64,000 bases of DNA from Coraliomargaritaceae bacterium (GTDB lineage Bacteria; Verrucomicrobiota; Verrucomicrobiia; Opitutales; Coraliomargaritaceae): positions 1-64,000 of the forward strand of contig CBFHKU010000010.1 of NCBI GenBank assembly GCA_965656495.1, given 5' to 3'. Under the pieces are notes generated by a model. The model saw nothing but the letters and a program-made list of their open reading frames with translations, was not told the DNA's origin and searched no databases. Shown here one piece after another: positions 49,358-59,837 of the stretch. The position numbers and the translations under genes were made by a program. The first letter of the stretch is position 1. The number at the start of each line of letters is the position of its first letter.

Positions 49358-50794
49358 TCACTTCGGTTCGATTTCAAACCCACCCGGATTGTCCTTGATC
49401 GTCCAACCTTTTTCGAGAAGAGCGTTACGAAGATCGTCCGCCCGCGCATAATCCCGTGCCTGCTTGGCTTCCCAGCGTTCCTGCCCCATCGCGCGGATGT
49501 CTTCGGGAATATTGAGCTCGTTGTTTTTATTTGTAAAGAGCTTGAGGCCGAGGGCGTAAAGCAAGGTTCCGAATGCGGAAAGGGTTTGGCGGGCTCCATC
49601 GGCATCCACGGAACTCGCAGGGTTTGAACCGACGACCCCGAAGAGCGCACCGAGTGCTGCGGAAGTATTCAAATTGTTGCTCAACGCTTCCCATGCCTTG
49701 CTGAAGCGATTGAATGATTCGGGATTTCCCGGCTGGATGTAGTGCTCAAGGGCGCTGCTGGGCTCGGAGGTTTTATCGAGCAGGCTGCTGGCAAATCGCT
49801 CGAGTTTCGCGAGTGCGCTTTCTGCAGCATGGAGGGTTTCGATCGTAAAGTTCAATTGTTGTCGGTAGCTCCCTGCGATGAGGGCGTATCGCACCGCCAT
49901 CGGACTGAAGCCTTTCGCGCAAAGATCATCCAGTGTGTAGAGGTTGCCGAGGCTTTTGGACATTTTTGCCCCGTCAACCATGAGGTGGGCGCTGTGAAAC
50001 CAGTGCTTGCAAAGTGGACGCCCGTGGGCGCATTCCGACTGCGCGATTTCGTTTTCGTGGTGGGGGAAGCAAAGATCGACCCCGCCACCGTGCAAATCAA
50101 GGGTGGCTCCCCCGAAACTGCTTTCAATCATGGCAGAACATTCCAAGTGCCAACCGGGACGACCCTCGCCCCACGGGCTGTTCCAGAAATTGTCGCCATC
50201 TTCGTCTTTACGACGCTTCCAAAGCACAAAATCGCTGACGGCCTCGCGTGTGTATTCGTCTGCATCATTGGGTTTGCCGGCTGAATTGTTCGATTGGCTT
50301 TTAAGCTCGCGTTCCTTCAGGCGGGAGAGGCTCCCGTAGTTGTCGAAACTCGATACGCGGAAATAAACGGAGCCGTCCTCCGTTGCATAGGCATGGTTTT
50401 TCTCAACTAATTGTTGAATTAAGGCGATTTGTTGCGGGATATGCTCGACCGCGCTGGGCTCATCGTGAGGCGGGAGGCAATTGAGCGCCTCGCAATCGCG
50501 GTGAAATTTCTCAGTCCATTGTTGAGTAAAGGCTTTGAGGGAAAGACCGGCTTGGGTCGCTCCCTTAATCGTTTTGTCATCCACATCCGTCAGGTTCCGT
50601 ACATGCAGCACCGCTTGACCATCCACTTCGAGGCAGCGGCGTAGGGTGTCTTGCAAAAGGAAGGTACGGAAGTTGCCGATATGCGCCGGACCATAGACGG
50701 TAGGACCGCAGCAATAAAAACGAAGCGGTTGGTTGGCTTCCGCTTCGAGGGGACGCAGAGAACGGCTGTGCGTATCATATAACTGAATAGGCAT
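49358..50794 (-). CDS. cysS: cysteinyl-tRNA synthetase
   Basis: CGPTVY, HIGN, GRPGWHLECS, PHHENE, KMSKS. Confidence 0.97.
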   Translation of the reverse strand: MPIQLYDTHSRSLRPLEAEANQPLRFYCCGPTVYGPAHIGNFRTFLLQDTLRRCLEVDGQAVLHVRNLTDVDDKTIKGATQAGLSLKAFTQQWTEKFHRDCEALNCLPPHDEPSAVEHIPQQIALIQQLVEKNHAYATEDGSVYFRVSSFDNYGSLSRLKERELKSQSNNSAGKPNDADEYTREAVSDFVLWKRRKDEDGDNFWNSPWGEGRPGWHLECSAMIESSFGGATLDLHGGGVDLCFPHHENEIAQSECAHGRPLCKHWFHSAHLMVDGAKMSKSLGNLYTLDDLCAKGFSPMAVRYALIAGSYRQQLNFTIETLHAAESALAKLERFASSLLDKTSEPSSALEHYIQPGNPESFNRFSKAWEALSNNLNTSAALGALFGVVGSNPASSVDADGARQTLSAFGTLLYALGLKLFTNKNNELNIPEDIRAMGQERWEAKQARDYARADDLRNALLEKGWTIKDNPGGFEIEPK

Positions 50795-50894
50795 TGCGGT
50801 AAGATGCCACAAAGGGGGTAAATGAAAAGGTGAAAGTGGGATTCGGGTGGGATTTTACGCTTTCCCTTCAGGATGGAATGCGCACTGTTGTGAA

Positions 50895-51917
50895 ATGGCC
50901 AGCAGCTTTAAACTCGACCTTCCGCGGCGACCGCGCCGTCTCCGCCGAAGTTCCGCATTGAGGGAGCTTTCCTGTGAGACCCGCCTTGAGGCGTCGCAAT
51001 TGATCCAACCGCTCTTTGTTATCGATGGTGTTGGCAAGGCGGAACCGATTGCATCCATGCCGGGCATCGATCGCCTGACGCTTCCCTTGCTGATCGAGGA
51101 ATGCCGCTCGCTTCAGCAGTTGGGCATCGCGGCCGTGGCGCTTTTTCCCAAGCTTGAGGATACACTCAAACGGGATGATGGGCGAGAAGCGCTCAACCCG
51201 GGCAGCCTCATTTTTCGTGCGATTCGTGCCATCAAGCAGGAGTTGCCGGAAATGATGGTCATCGCGGATCTGGCGCTCGATCCCTACACAACGCATGGGC
51301 ACGATGGATTGGTGCAGCCCACCACCGGGGAAATTGCGAACGATAACACGGTTGAAATACTCGCTGAAATGGCGGTGCTTGCGGCACATGCCGGAGCCGA
51401 TATGGTGGCGCCTTCAGACATGATGGATGGGCGGGTTGCGGCGATTCGTGCCGCGCTGGATGCGAACGATTACGAACATACCGCCATCATGGCGTATTCA
51501 GCCAAATTTGCCTCTGCTTTTTATGGACCGTTTCGCGATGCGGTGGGTAGCAAAACCGGGGCGGGTGATTCGCCTCTGGACAAACGGACTTACCAATTGA
51601 ATCCCGCCAATCGCCGGGAGGCATTGATGGAGGCAGAACTGGATGAGGGCGAGGGAGCTGATATTTTGATGGTTAAACCGGCGGGGCCTTATTTGGATGT
51701 GATTCGCGAGGTTCGGGAAGCAACGGATTTACCGCTGGCGGCCTACCAGGTTTCCGGGGAATATGCCCAAATCATGGCGGCGGCGGAGCAGGGCTGGCTC
51801 GATTTAAAAGCCTGCCGCGATGAGTCACTGCTCGCGATTCGACGAGCCGGTGCCGACATCATCCTGAGCTATTTTGCAAAGGCCTACGCCGAGGACCGGG
51901 CCGCGCTTCAATCCTAG
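50895..51917 (+). CDS. hemB: porphobilinogen synthase
   Basis: RPRRLR, DPYTTHGHDG (Zn-independent type), PSDMMDGR, MVKP, AYQVSGEY. Confidence 0.96.
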   Translation: MASSFKLDLPRRPRRLRRSSALRELSCETRLEASQLIQPLFVIDGVGKAEPIASMPGIDRLTLPLLIEECRSLQQLGIAAVALFPKLEDTLKRDDGREALNPGSLIFRAIRAIKQELPEMMVIADLALDPYTTHGHDGLVQPTTGEIANDNTVEILAEMAVLAAHAGADMVAPSDMMDGRVAAIRAALDANDYEHTAIMAYSAKFASAFYGPFRDAVGSKTGAGDSPLDKRTYQLNPANRREALMEAELDEGEGADILMVKPAGPYLDVIREVREATDLPLAAYQVSGEYAQIMAAAEQGWLDLKACRDESLLAIRRAGADIILSYFAKAYAEDRAALQS

Positions 51918-52978
51918 TCAGTTCTTTTGCGGGCTTTGCGTTTTTCAGCGTATTGCCGCGCGCGTGCCAATTCCCGCATATCGACTGCAGGGTCGTCGGC
52001 CTCGTAAATTTCATGACCGATGATGTGTTCAATGACATCCTCCATCGTGATAACCCCCGCCATATTGCCGAATTCATCCACCACTATCGCAAGTTGTTGT
52101 TGATTTTTGAGAAAGGTCTGGAGCGCGTCCTCGGCAGTGGCGTTGTCGGGAATGAAAACCGGTTCCGTTGCGAGCGTTTCAATGCGCACCTCGTCCTGAT
52201 CCTTGGCAACCAAGTTGAGAATATCGCGACGGCGCACGATCCCGATGAAGTTTTCGTTGTGGTCGCGATAGACCGGCAAGCGGGCAAAAGGGATATTTTT
52301 CTCGCGGGCGTAGAGGGCACCCACGCTTTCGGAACCATCCAGCATTTCCACCACCGTGCGGGGTGTCATAATGGTATGAACCTGTATTTCATCCAGTTGC
52401 AGGGCGTTGTGAATCAGCTCGCGTTCATGGGAGGTCAAGTTGCCCTCTTTCTCGCTCTTTTCGGCAAGCAGCATAATTTCCTGATCAGTGTCAGCGGGCT
52501 TCGCTTTGGACGGCCGCAGGATCAACCGCACGATGAATCCAGCGACGCTCGCGATTGGAGTCATGCTGACGCAGACGAGATTGAGGGGCGGAACAAGGAG
52601 TGGTTGTAGGCTGGCGCGGTAAAGAACCCCGATATTTTTCGGGATGATTTCCGAGAAAAAGAGGATTGCGATCGCCATAATCAGGGAGATTTTGACCAGC
52701 ATATTGGCATCCTGAGGCCAGATTTGAACCGCGAGGCCGCCTACGATCGTCGCGCCCAGGGTGTTGGCAATGGTGTTGAGGCTGAGAATAGCGGAACTGC
52801 TCTGTTCCACGTTCACCTTGTGTTGCTCCAATTGCTTGCCTCGGGCGGGGTGACTTTTTTTAAGAGCCTCAATCTCAGCGGTGGTAGTGCTTAGAAGCAT
52901 GGCCTCCAGAATAGAGCACAGGGCGGAAATGCCGATTGTGAAGGCGATTGCGATTATGAAAGTTAGAGTCATCTGCAT
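51914..52978 (-). CDS. CNNM/DUF21-CBS membrane protein
   Basis: SALCSILEA, SEIIPK, IMTPR, VVDEFG, EDVIE. Confidence 0.9.
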   Translation of the reverse strand: MQMTLTFIIAIAFTIGISALCSILEAMLLSTTTAEIEALKKSHPARGKQLEQHKVNVEQSSSAILSLNTIANTLGATIVGGLAVQIWPQDANMLVKISLIMAIAILFFSEIIPKNIGVLYRASLQPLLVPPLNLVCVSMTPIASVAGFIVRLILRPSKAKPADTDQEIMLLAEKSEKEGNLTSHERELIHNALQLDEIQVHTIMTPRTVVEMLDGSESVGALYAREKNIPFARLPVYRDHNENFIGIVRRRDILNLVAKDQDEVRIETLATEPVFIPDNATAEDALQTFLKNQQQLAIVVDEFGNMAGVITMEDVIEHIIGHEIYEADDPAVDMRELARARQYAEKRKARKRTD

Positions 52979-53170
52979 TGTGACAGCGCTTGCAGAACGG
53001 TAGGTTTGCTTAATGATTGAGCGCTGTGGACAATTATTTAAAGAAGAAGGACTGTCGGATTTGTTTCAAGCAGAATGTCACGATACGATTAGGGATAAAA
53101 AATCTTTTACTTCCCTGCTTGACTGAAAAAGCCCCAAGGGGTTATTATGATTATTTAAATTGTAAATATA

Positions 53171-53686
53171 GTGAAAAACAAAAGCCTACCCCTCCTCCTC
53201 AGTTTGAGTTTCTTAATTGTATTATTCTCTAGCGGATGCGTTTACTTCGAAAAAGGCGTGCCTCAAGAAGTCACGATTGTTTCTTTTCCAAACGAGTGTA
53301 GTGTTTACATCAATGGTGAAGCTGCTGGGATTACGCCCCTCGTGACCGCTCTGCCCCGAAAGCTTGTGCATGAAGTGCGCTTGATGAAGGAGGGCTACAA
53401 CCAAGCGGTGAAATATTTCACCCCGGTACCCAATGAAAAGAGCAAAAATTTCATCCGTTTTGGTCTTCCGGAAGATCTCGGTTATTATGTTGATTTGAGA
53501 CCCAGCACGATGGATGCAGACATGGATAGTGAATTGGTTCCTGCATCGCTCGGGGCTGATCCTTTTGAGAAGATGGCAATTCAGGCGCTTGAGGCGGATC
53601 GCCGTCTGGAGGATGGTGAAATCTCCGCAGCGGAGCACAAGTATATCATCGAACAGATTATTTCCTTCTTTGAGGAAAATGTCTAG
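53171..53686 (+). CDS. PEGA-domain lipoprotein
   Basis: Lipobox FSSGC; S.P...VYING...GITP and KEGY; upstream TTGACT-N18-TATTAT. Confidence 0.7.
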   Translation: MKNKSLPLLLSLSFLIVLFSSGCVYFEKGVPQEVTIVSFPNECSVYINGEAAGITPLVTALPRKLVHEVRLMKEGYNQAVKYFTPVPNEKSKNFIRFGLPEDLGYYVDLRPSTMDADMDSELVPASLGADPFEKMAIQALEADRRLEDGEISAAEHKYIIEQIISFFEENV

Positions 53687-53719
53687 CCAGGCCGAGTATT
53701 TCTGGTGTAACTTGCGCGC

Positions 53720-54100
53720 ATGTCCAGCGTACCTGAAGACCTCCTATACACTAAAGACCACGAATGGGTTCGCCTCCATGAGGATGGCACCGCAACTATT
53801 GGTATAACCGATTACGCCCAAGAGAGTCTTGGTGATATAACTTTCATTGAGTTTCCGGAGGCGGGTGCCAGTTTTCAAAGTGGCGACACTTTCGGAGTGG
53901 TTGAATCAGTCAAGGCGGCCTCGGATCTTTACATGCCGGCAGCCGGAGAGGTGATTGCCATCAATTCAGAGGCCGATACCGCGCCGGATTTGCTTAACAG
54001 CGATCCCTACCAGGCGGGTTGGCTTTTGAAAATCCGCCTCACCGAACCCGCCGAGACGGAAGCGCTGCTGAAGCCCGGGGATTACTCCGCTTTAATATAA
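53720..54100 (+). CDS. gcvH: glycine cleavage system H protein
   Basis: HEW, GITDYAQ..LGD, VESVKA (lipoyl Lys), NSDPY..GW. Confidence 0.96.
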   Translation: MSSVPEDLLYTKDHEWVRLHEDGTATIGITDYAQESLGDITFIEFPEAGASFQSGDTFGVVESVKAASDLYMPAAGEVIAINSEADTAPDLLNSDPYQAGWLLKIRLTEPAETEALLKPGDYSALI

Positions 54101-54179
54101 GCACACCCTCCTGCGGCGAAGTTTTTTCTTAGCGGGAGCTCAACTCACTTAGTTATGGTTTTTGCTGCCTCAGGGGAAA

Positions 54180-56144
54180 ATGAATCCAAACACACCATCA
54201 CTTGAGCCGGAATCATGGTCTACCGCTGATGCCGAGCAGTATTACGGGTTAAAGCACTGGGGCGGGGGGCACTTTTCTGTCGATTCCGGGGGTTACTTGT
54301 TGGTGCATCCCCATGGCGACAACGCGACGATTCGGATTCATGACATCGTGACGGAGGCGCTTGGCAAGGGACACAAACTACCGCTCACGATTCGTATTCA
54401 GGATTTGTTGCGCACGCGGGTGGTCCGATTGAATGAACTCTTTGCGCAGGCGATCAAAGAAGAAAACTATGGCGGGCGCTACCGCGGGGTTTTTCCGATT
54501 AAGGTCAATCAATTACGAGAGGTTGTTGAGGAAATTCAGGACGCGGGCAGTCCCTACAACTTTGGGTTTGAGTGCGGCAGCAAGCCCGAGCTCATGATCG
54601 CACTGGCGATGCACAAAGATCCGGAATCCCTGATTATTTGCAATGGCTACAAAGATGATGCTTTTATCCGCATGGCCCTCTCCGGTCGTCGTCTGGGCAA
54701 ATCCATCTTCCTTGTCGTGGAGCAGCTCAGTGAAGTGCGCCGCATTATCCAACTGAGTAAGCAAACCGGAGTGCGCCCCCTCATTGGGTTTCGCATCAAG
54801 CTTGCCACTGCAGGGGAGGGCAAATGGGCCAGCTCTTCCGGTGAAAATGCCAAATTCGGACTGACCAGCCCCGAGGTTATGGATGCCGCGCGCCGACTTA
54901 AACGTGCCGGCCTCGCCGATTGCCTCCAATTGATTCATTTTCATATCGGGTCCCAAGTACCCAATATTCAGACCATCAAAAAAGCGACGGTGGAGGCGGC
55001 GCGTTTCTATTGTGAATTGAGCAAACTTGGATTTCCGATGCGCCTGATCGATGTCGGTGGTGGTCTCGGTATCGATTATGATGGTTCGCGCAGTAATTTT
55101 GAAAGCTCCATGAATTACACCCTGCGTGAATACACCCGCGACGTCGTGTGTAATATTAAAACGATCTGCGAGGATGCCGATGTAGCGGTTCCCGATATCA
55201 TCTCAGAAAGCGGACGCGCCATCGTCGCCCCGCATTCCATTCTCGTCACCGAAGTATGTGACCGCATTTCAAAAACTTCGGTGGCGCCGAGAGTCACGGC
55301 AGATGCCAAGCGAAACGCCGTCATTCGCGAGTTAAATGCGATTCTCGAGAACCGCCATAATTCAAGCCCGCTGGAGCGCTACCACGATGCCCAGCAAAAA
55401 ATCGAGGAAGCCAATAATCTTTTCAACCTCGGTTACTTGCCGCTGAAGGACAAGGCGGACGCCGATGCGCTCTACTGGGCGATCTGTCGCGAACTGGTTC
55501 CCGGCGGGGATTCCTCTATCTATAAACCCGAGGAACTCGAATCATTGCCCCGCGCGATAGCGGAGCAATACGTCTGCAATTTCTCGGTCTTCCAATCCCT
55601 GATCGACCATTGGGCCTGCGATCAACTCTTTCCCCTTGCGCCGATCCACCGCCTTGATGAAAAACCCACCGTGGACGCAACCCTGGTGGACATCACTTGC
55701 GACAGTGAGGGAAAAATTTCCAAATTCACCGATGTCGAGGATGTTCGCCACAGCATTCGCCTTCATTCCTTTGATCCCCAAAAACCCTATTACCTCGGGG
55801 TTTTTCTCGTGGGCGCCTATCAGGATATCATGGGAGACTTGCACAACCTCTTTGGTCGCGTCGATGAAGTCCACGTCTTTTTGGAGGATGATGAAGAAGA
55901 CGGTTTTTATATTGAGGACAGCATCAAGGGCTTTACGATTAATGACGTTCTGGGCTTCACGCAATACGATGGTCATTTGCTGACCCGCATGATGAAGAAA
56001 CAGATCGACCGCGCCACCAAGGCTGACCAGATCAAGCCGCGCGAGGGTACCCGGATGCTGGACGAATACGCCGCCTTGCTCAAAGGCGCAACCTACCTCA
56101 GCAACGCAAACGCGCCACGCAAATCAAAGAAGCCGGACGCTTAG
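54180..56144 (+). CDS. speA: biosynthetic arginine decarboxylase
   Basis: FPIKVNQ, GSKPEL, CNGYKD, HFHIGSQ, DVGGGLGIDYDG, DITCDSEG, AYQDIMG. Confidence 0.96.
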   Translation: MNPNTPSLEPESWSTADAEQYYGLKHWGGGHFSVDSGGYLLVHPHGDNATIRIHDIVTEALGKGHKLPLTIRIQDLLRTRVVRLNELFAQAIKEENYGGRYRGVFPIKVNQLREVVEEIQDAGSPYNFGFECGSKPELMIALAMHKDPESLIICNGYKDDAFIRMALSGRRLGKSIFLVVEQLSEVRRIIQLSKQTGVRPLIGFRIKLATAGEGKWASSSGENAKFGLTSPEVMDAARRLKRAGLADCLQLIHFHIGSQVPNIQTIKKATVEAARFYCELSKLGFPMRLIDVGGGLGIDYDGSRSNFESSMNYTLREYTRDVVCNIKTICEDADVAVPDIISESGRAIVAPHSILVTEVCDRISKTSVAPRVTADAKRNAVIRELNAILENRHNSSPLERYHDAQQKIEEANNLFNLGYLPLKDKADADALYWAICRELVPGGDSSIYKPEELESLPRAIAEQYVCNFSVFQSLIDHWACDQLFPLAPIHRLDEKPTVDATLVDITCDSEGKISKFTDVEDVRHSIRLHSFDPQKPYYLGVFLVGAYQDIMGDLHNLFGRVDEVHVFLEDDEEDGFYIEDSIKGFTINDVLGFTQYDGHLLTRMMKKQIDRATKADQIKPREGTRMLDEYAALLKGATYLSNANAPRKSKKPDA

Positions 56145-56153
56145 TCCGCCGCC

Positions 56154-57524
<1,371 letters not shown>

Positions 57525-57671
57525 CTCAACCGATATTCTTTGCCCTTGAAATGCCTCGCTGGCAACGGGAAAACCCGTGCTTTACACACCTCCCATGTCC
57601 AGTAACTTATGGGGTTGTAAATTTATGGTATGGGCTGACCCAAAACGTATAACACCTCACTCCCAACTTAC

Positions 57672-59000
57672 ATGAAGCAACGCACGATCCTTAGGGAAGC
57701 CTCCATCAAGGGCAAATCCCTGCATACCGGCGAAGAGGTCAACCTGACCCTCAAGCCGGCTCCTGAGAACCATGGCATCGTTTTCCGCCGTATCGACATC
57801 ATTGGTAAGCCGGAGTTGAAATCGGTCATTGATCACGTCGATGACCTGGTGCGCAGCACCACCATTGCGGACGGACATGCCAAGGTGCACACCGTTGAGC
57901 ACGTGCTCAGTGCCCTGAGCGGATGCGGCGTCGACAACGTTCTGGTTGAGATGGATGCCAGCGAACCACCCATCCTTGACGGTTCCGCCAAGCATTTCGT
58001 CAACCTCATCCAAGAGGCCGAGCCGGTCGAGCAGGACGCCGAACGCGAGTATTTTGAACTGAAGGAACCGATTTCCGTGACCCGAGGGAACAGCTCCATC
58101 ATTGCGCTTCCGCATGACGGTTTGCGCATTACCTGCACCTCTGCGGACGACCGGGGTATTCACACCCAGCACCTGAGCCTCGATGTTGACTACGAGTCCT
58201 ACCTTGCGCAGATCGCGGCGGCCCGCACCTTTACTATTTACGAAGACATTGAGGAACTCCTCAAACTGGGCAAAATCAAAGGCGGGAGCCTCGACAGCGC
58301 CATTGTCATTAAAGGCGACAAAATCGTCTCGAAGGAACCCCTCCGCTTTAAGGAAGAATTCGTCCGCCACAAGATCCTCGATATCATCGGTGATATCGTC
58401 CTCCTCGGCAAACCCCTCAAAGCCCACATTATCGCGGTGCGACCGGGTCACGCTTTAAACGCCGACCTCACCAAACTCCTGCGCGAAAAAATGCTCGCTA
58501 AGGCAAAAGCGCCCGAGCCTGAAAAACGCAAAGCCCAGTTTATCGATGCCCACGAATCCAGCCTCGATATCCGCCGCGTCCTCGATATCCTTCCGCATCG
58601 TTATCCCTTTGTCATGATTGATCGCGTCCTTGAGATCATCAGCGAAGACGAGCTGGTCGCACTCAAGAATGTCACCATCAACGAGCCCTACTTTGTCGGG
58701 CATTATCCCGGTCGTCCCGTCATGCCCGGAGTCCTCCAACTCGAAGCGATGGCGCAGGCCGCTGGCATCCTCCTTTTGAAACGCCTGACCCTCGGCGACC
58801 ACCGCATCGCCTTTTTTATGAGCGCCGATAAAGTCAAATTCCGTCAGGCGGTCGAACCGGGCGACACCGTTGAAATTCATGTCAAACTAACCAAGATCCG
58901 TGCCGGGAAAATTGCCACCGCAGTTGCTTCCTGCAAGGTCGGCGGCAAGGTCGCATCCGAAGCCGAACTCATGTTCATGCTCGCCGACGCCAACGCTTGA
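57672..59000 (+). CDS. lpxC-fabZ: bifunctional LpxC/FabZ
   Basis: [15 protein letters not shown]-terminal [24 protein letters not shown]. Confidence 0.96.
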   Translation: MKQRTILREASIKGKSLHTGEEVNLTLKPAPENHGIVFRRIDIIGKPELKSVIDHVDDLVRSTTIADGHAKVHTVEHVLSALSGCGVDNVLVEMDASEPPILDGSAKHFVNLIQEAEPVEQDAEREYFELKEPISVTRGNSSIIALPHDGLRITCTSADDRGIHTQHLSLDVDYESYLAQIAAARTFTIYEDIEELLKLGKIKGGSLDSAIVIKGDKIVSKEPLRFKEEFVRHKILDIIGDIVLLGKPLKAHIIAVRPGHALNADLTKLLREKMLAKAKAPEPEKRKAQFIDAHESSLDIRRVLDILPHRYPFVMIDRVLEIISEDELVALKNVTINEPYFVGHYPGRPVMPGVLQLEAMAQAAGILLLKRLTLGDHRIAFFMSADKVKFRQAVEPGDTVEIHVKLTKIRAGKIATAVASCKVGGKVASEAELMFMLADANA

Positions 59001-59009
59001 TCGCGCTCC

Positions 59010-59786
59010 ATGTCCACTGAAGTCCATCCCACCGCCATCATCGAGCCCGGGGCTGAACTCGCCGAGGGGGTCACCGTCGGGCCCTACGCCTACATCGGAG
59101 CGCAGGTGAAGCTCGGTGCGGGTACGGTTGTGATGCACCACGCCACGGTCGACGGCGCCACGCAGATGGGCGAGCAAAACGAGGTGCATCCCTATGCCTA
59201 TATCGGCGGAAAATCCCACGATAAAAAATTCCGGGGCGGGGTTCAACGCATTGAAATCGGCGATCATAACATCTTCCGCGAATACGTGACGGTCCACTGC
59301 GCGACTGCCGAGGATCTCCTGACCCGCCTCTGCAACAACAACCTCATCCTCGCCTACAGCCACGTCGCTCACGAGTGCCACATCGGCGACCACCTCGTCA
59401 TGAGCAGTCATGCCGCGCTCGGCGGTCATGTTGAAGTCGGGGATCACGTGAACATCGGCTGGGGCGTCGGGGTGCACCAATTTTGTCGGGTAGGGGACCA
59501 CGCCATGCTCGGTGCCGCCTCGAAAGTAGTGCAGGACGTGCCGCCTTACCTCATCGCAGACGGCAACCCCGCGGTCTGCCGCACCATTAATAAGGTCGGC
59601 ATGGAACGCGCCGGGTTTGAGAGCGATGCCATTGTTGCGATCCGTCGCCTTTTTAAAACCTTCTACCGGGAAGGGCTCAACAACTCGCAGGCCATTGAAG
59701 CCGTCAATGCCTCCGAAGCAGCCCAAGACCCGCATGCCATCGCGTTCCTCGATTTCGTGCGAGGGAGTGAGCGCGGCCTCGCCTAA
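59010..59786 (+). CDS. lpxA: UDP-N-acetylglucosamine O-acyltransferase
   Basis: HPTAII, hexapeptide repeats, HVAHEC, HQF, DVPPY. Confidence 0.95.
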   Translation: MSTEVHPTAIIEPGAELAEGVTVGPYAYIGAQVKLGAGTVVMHHATVDGATQMGEQNEVHPYAYIGGKSHDKKFRGGVQRIEIGDHNIFREYVTVHCATAEDLLTRLCNNNLILAYSHVAHECHIGDHLVMSSHAALGGHVEVGDHVNIGWGVGVHQFCRVGDHAMLGAASKVVQDVPPYLIADGNPAVCRTINKVGMERAGFESDAIVAIRRLFKTFYREGLNNSQAIEAVNASEAAQDPHAIAFLDFVRGSERGLA

Positions 59787-59837
59787 ATGCACCTGTTTGT
59801 GCTGGAAAATTTGGGCGCCCTAATCATAAACATATTC

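Noticed and set aside
57657..59792. Long minus-strand ORFs (264, 141 and 301 aa)
   Set aside because: Antisense shadows of lpxC-fabZ and lpxA.
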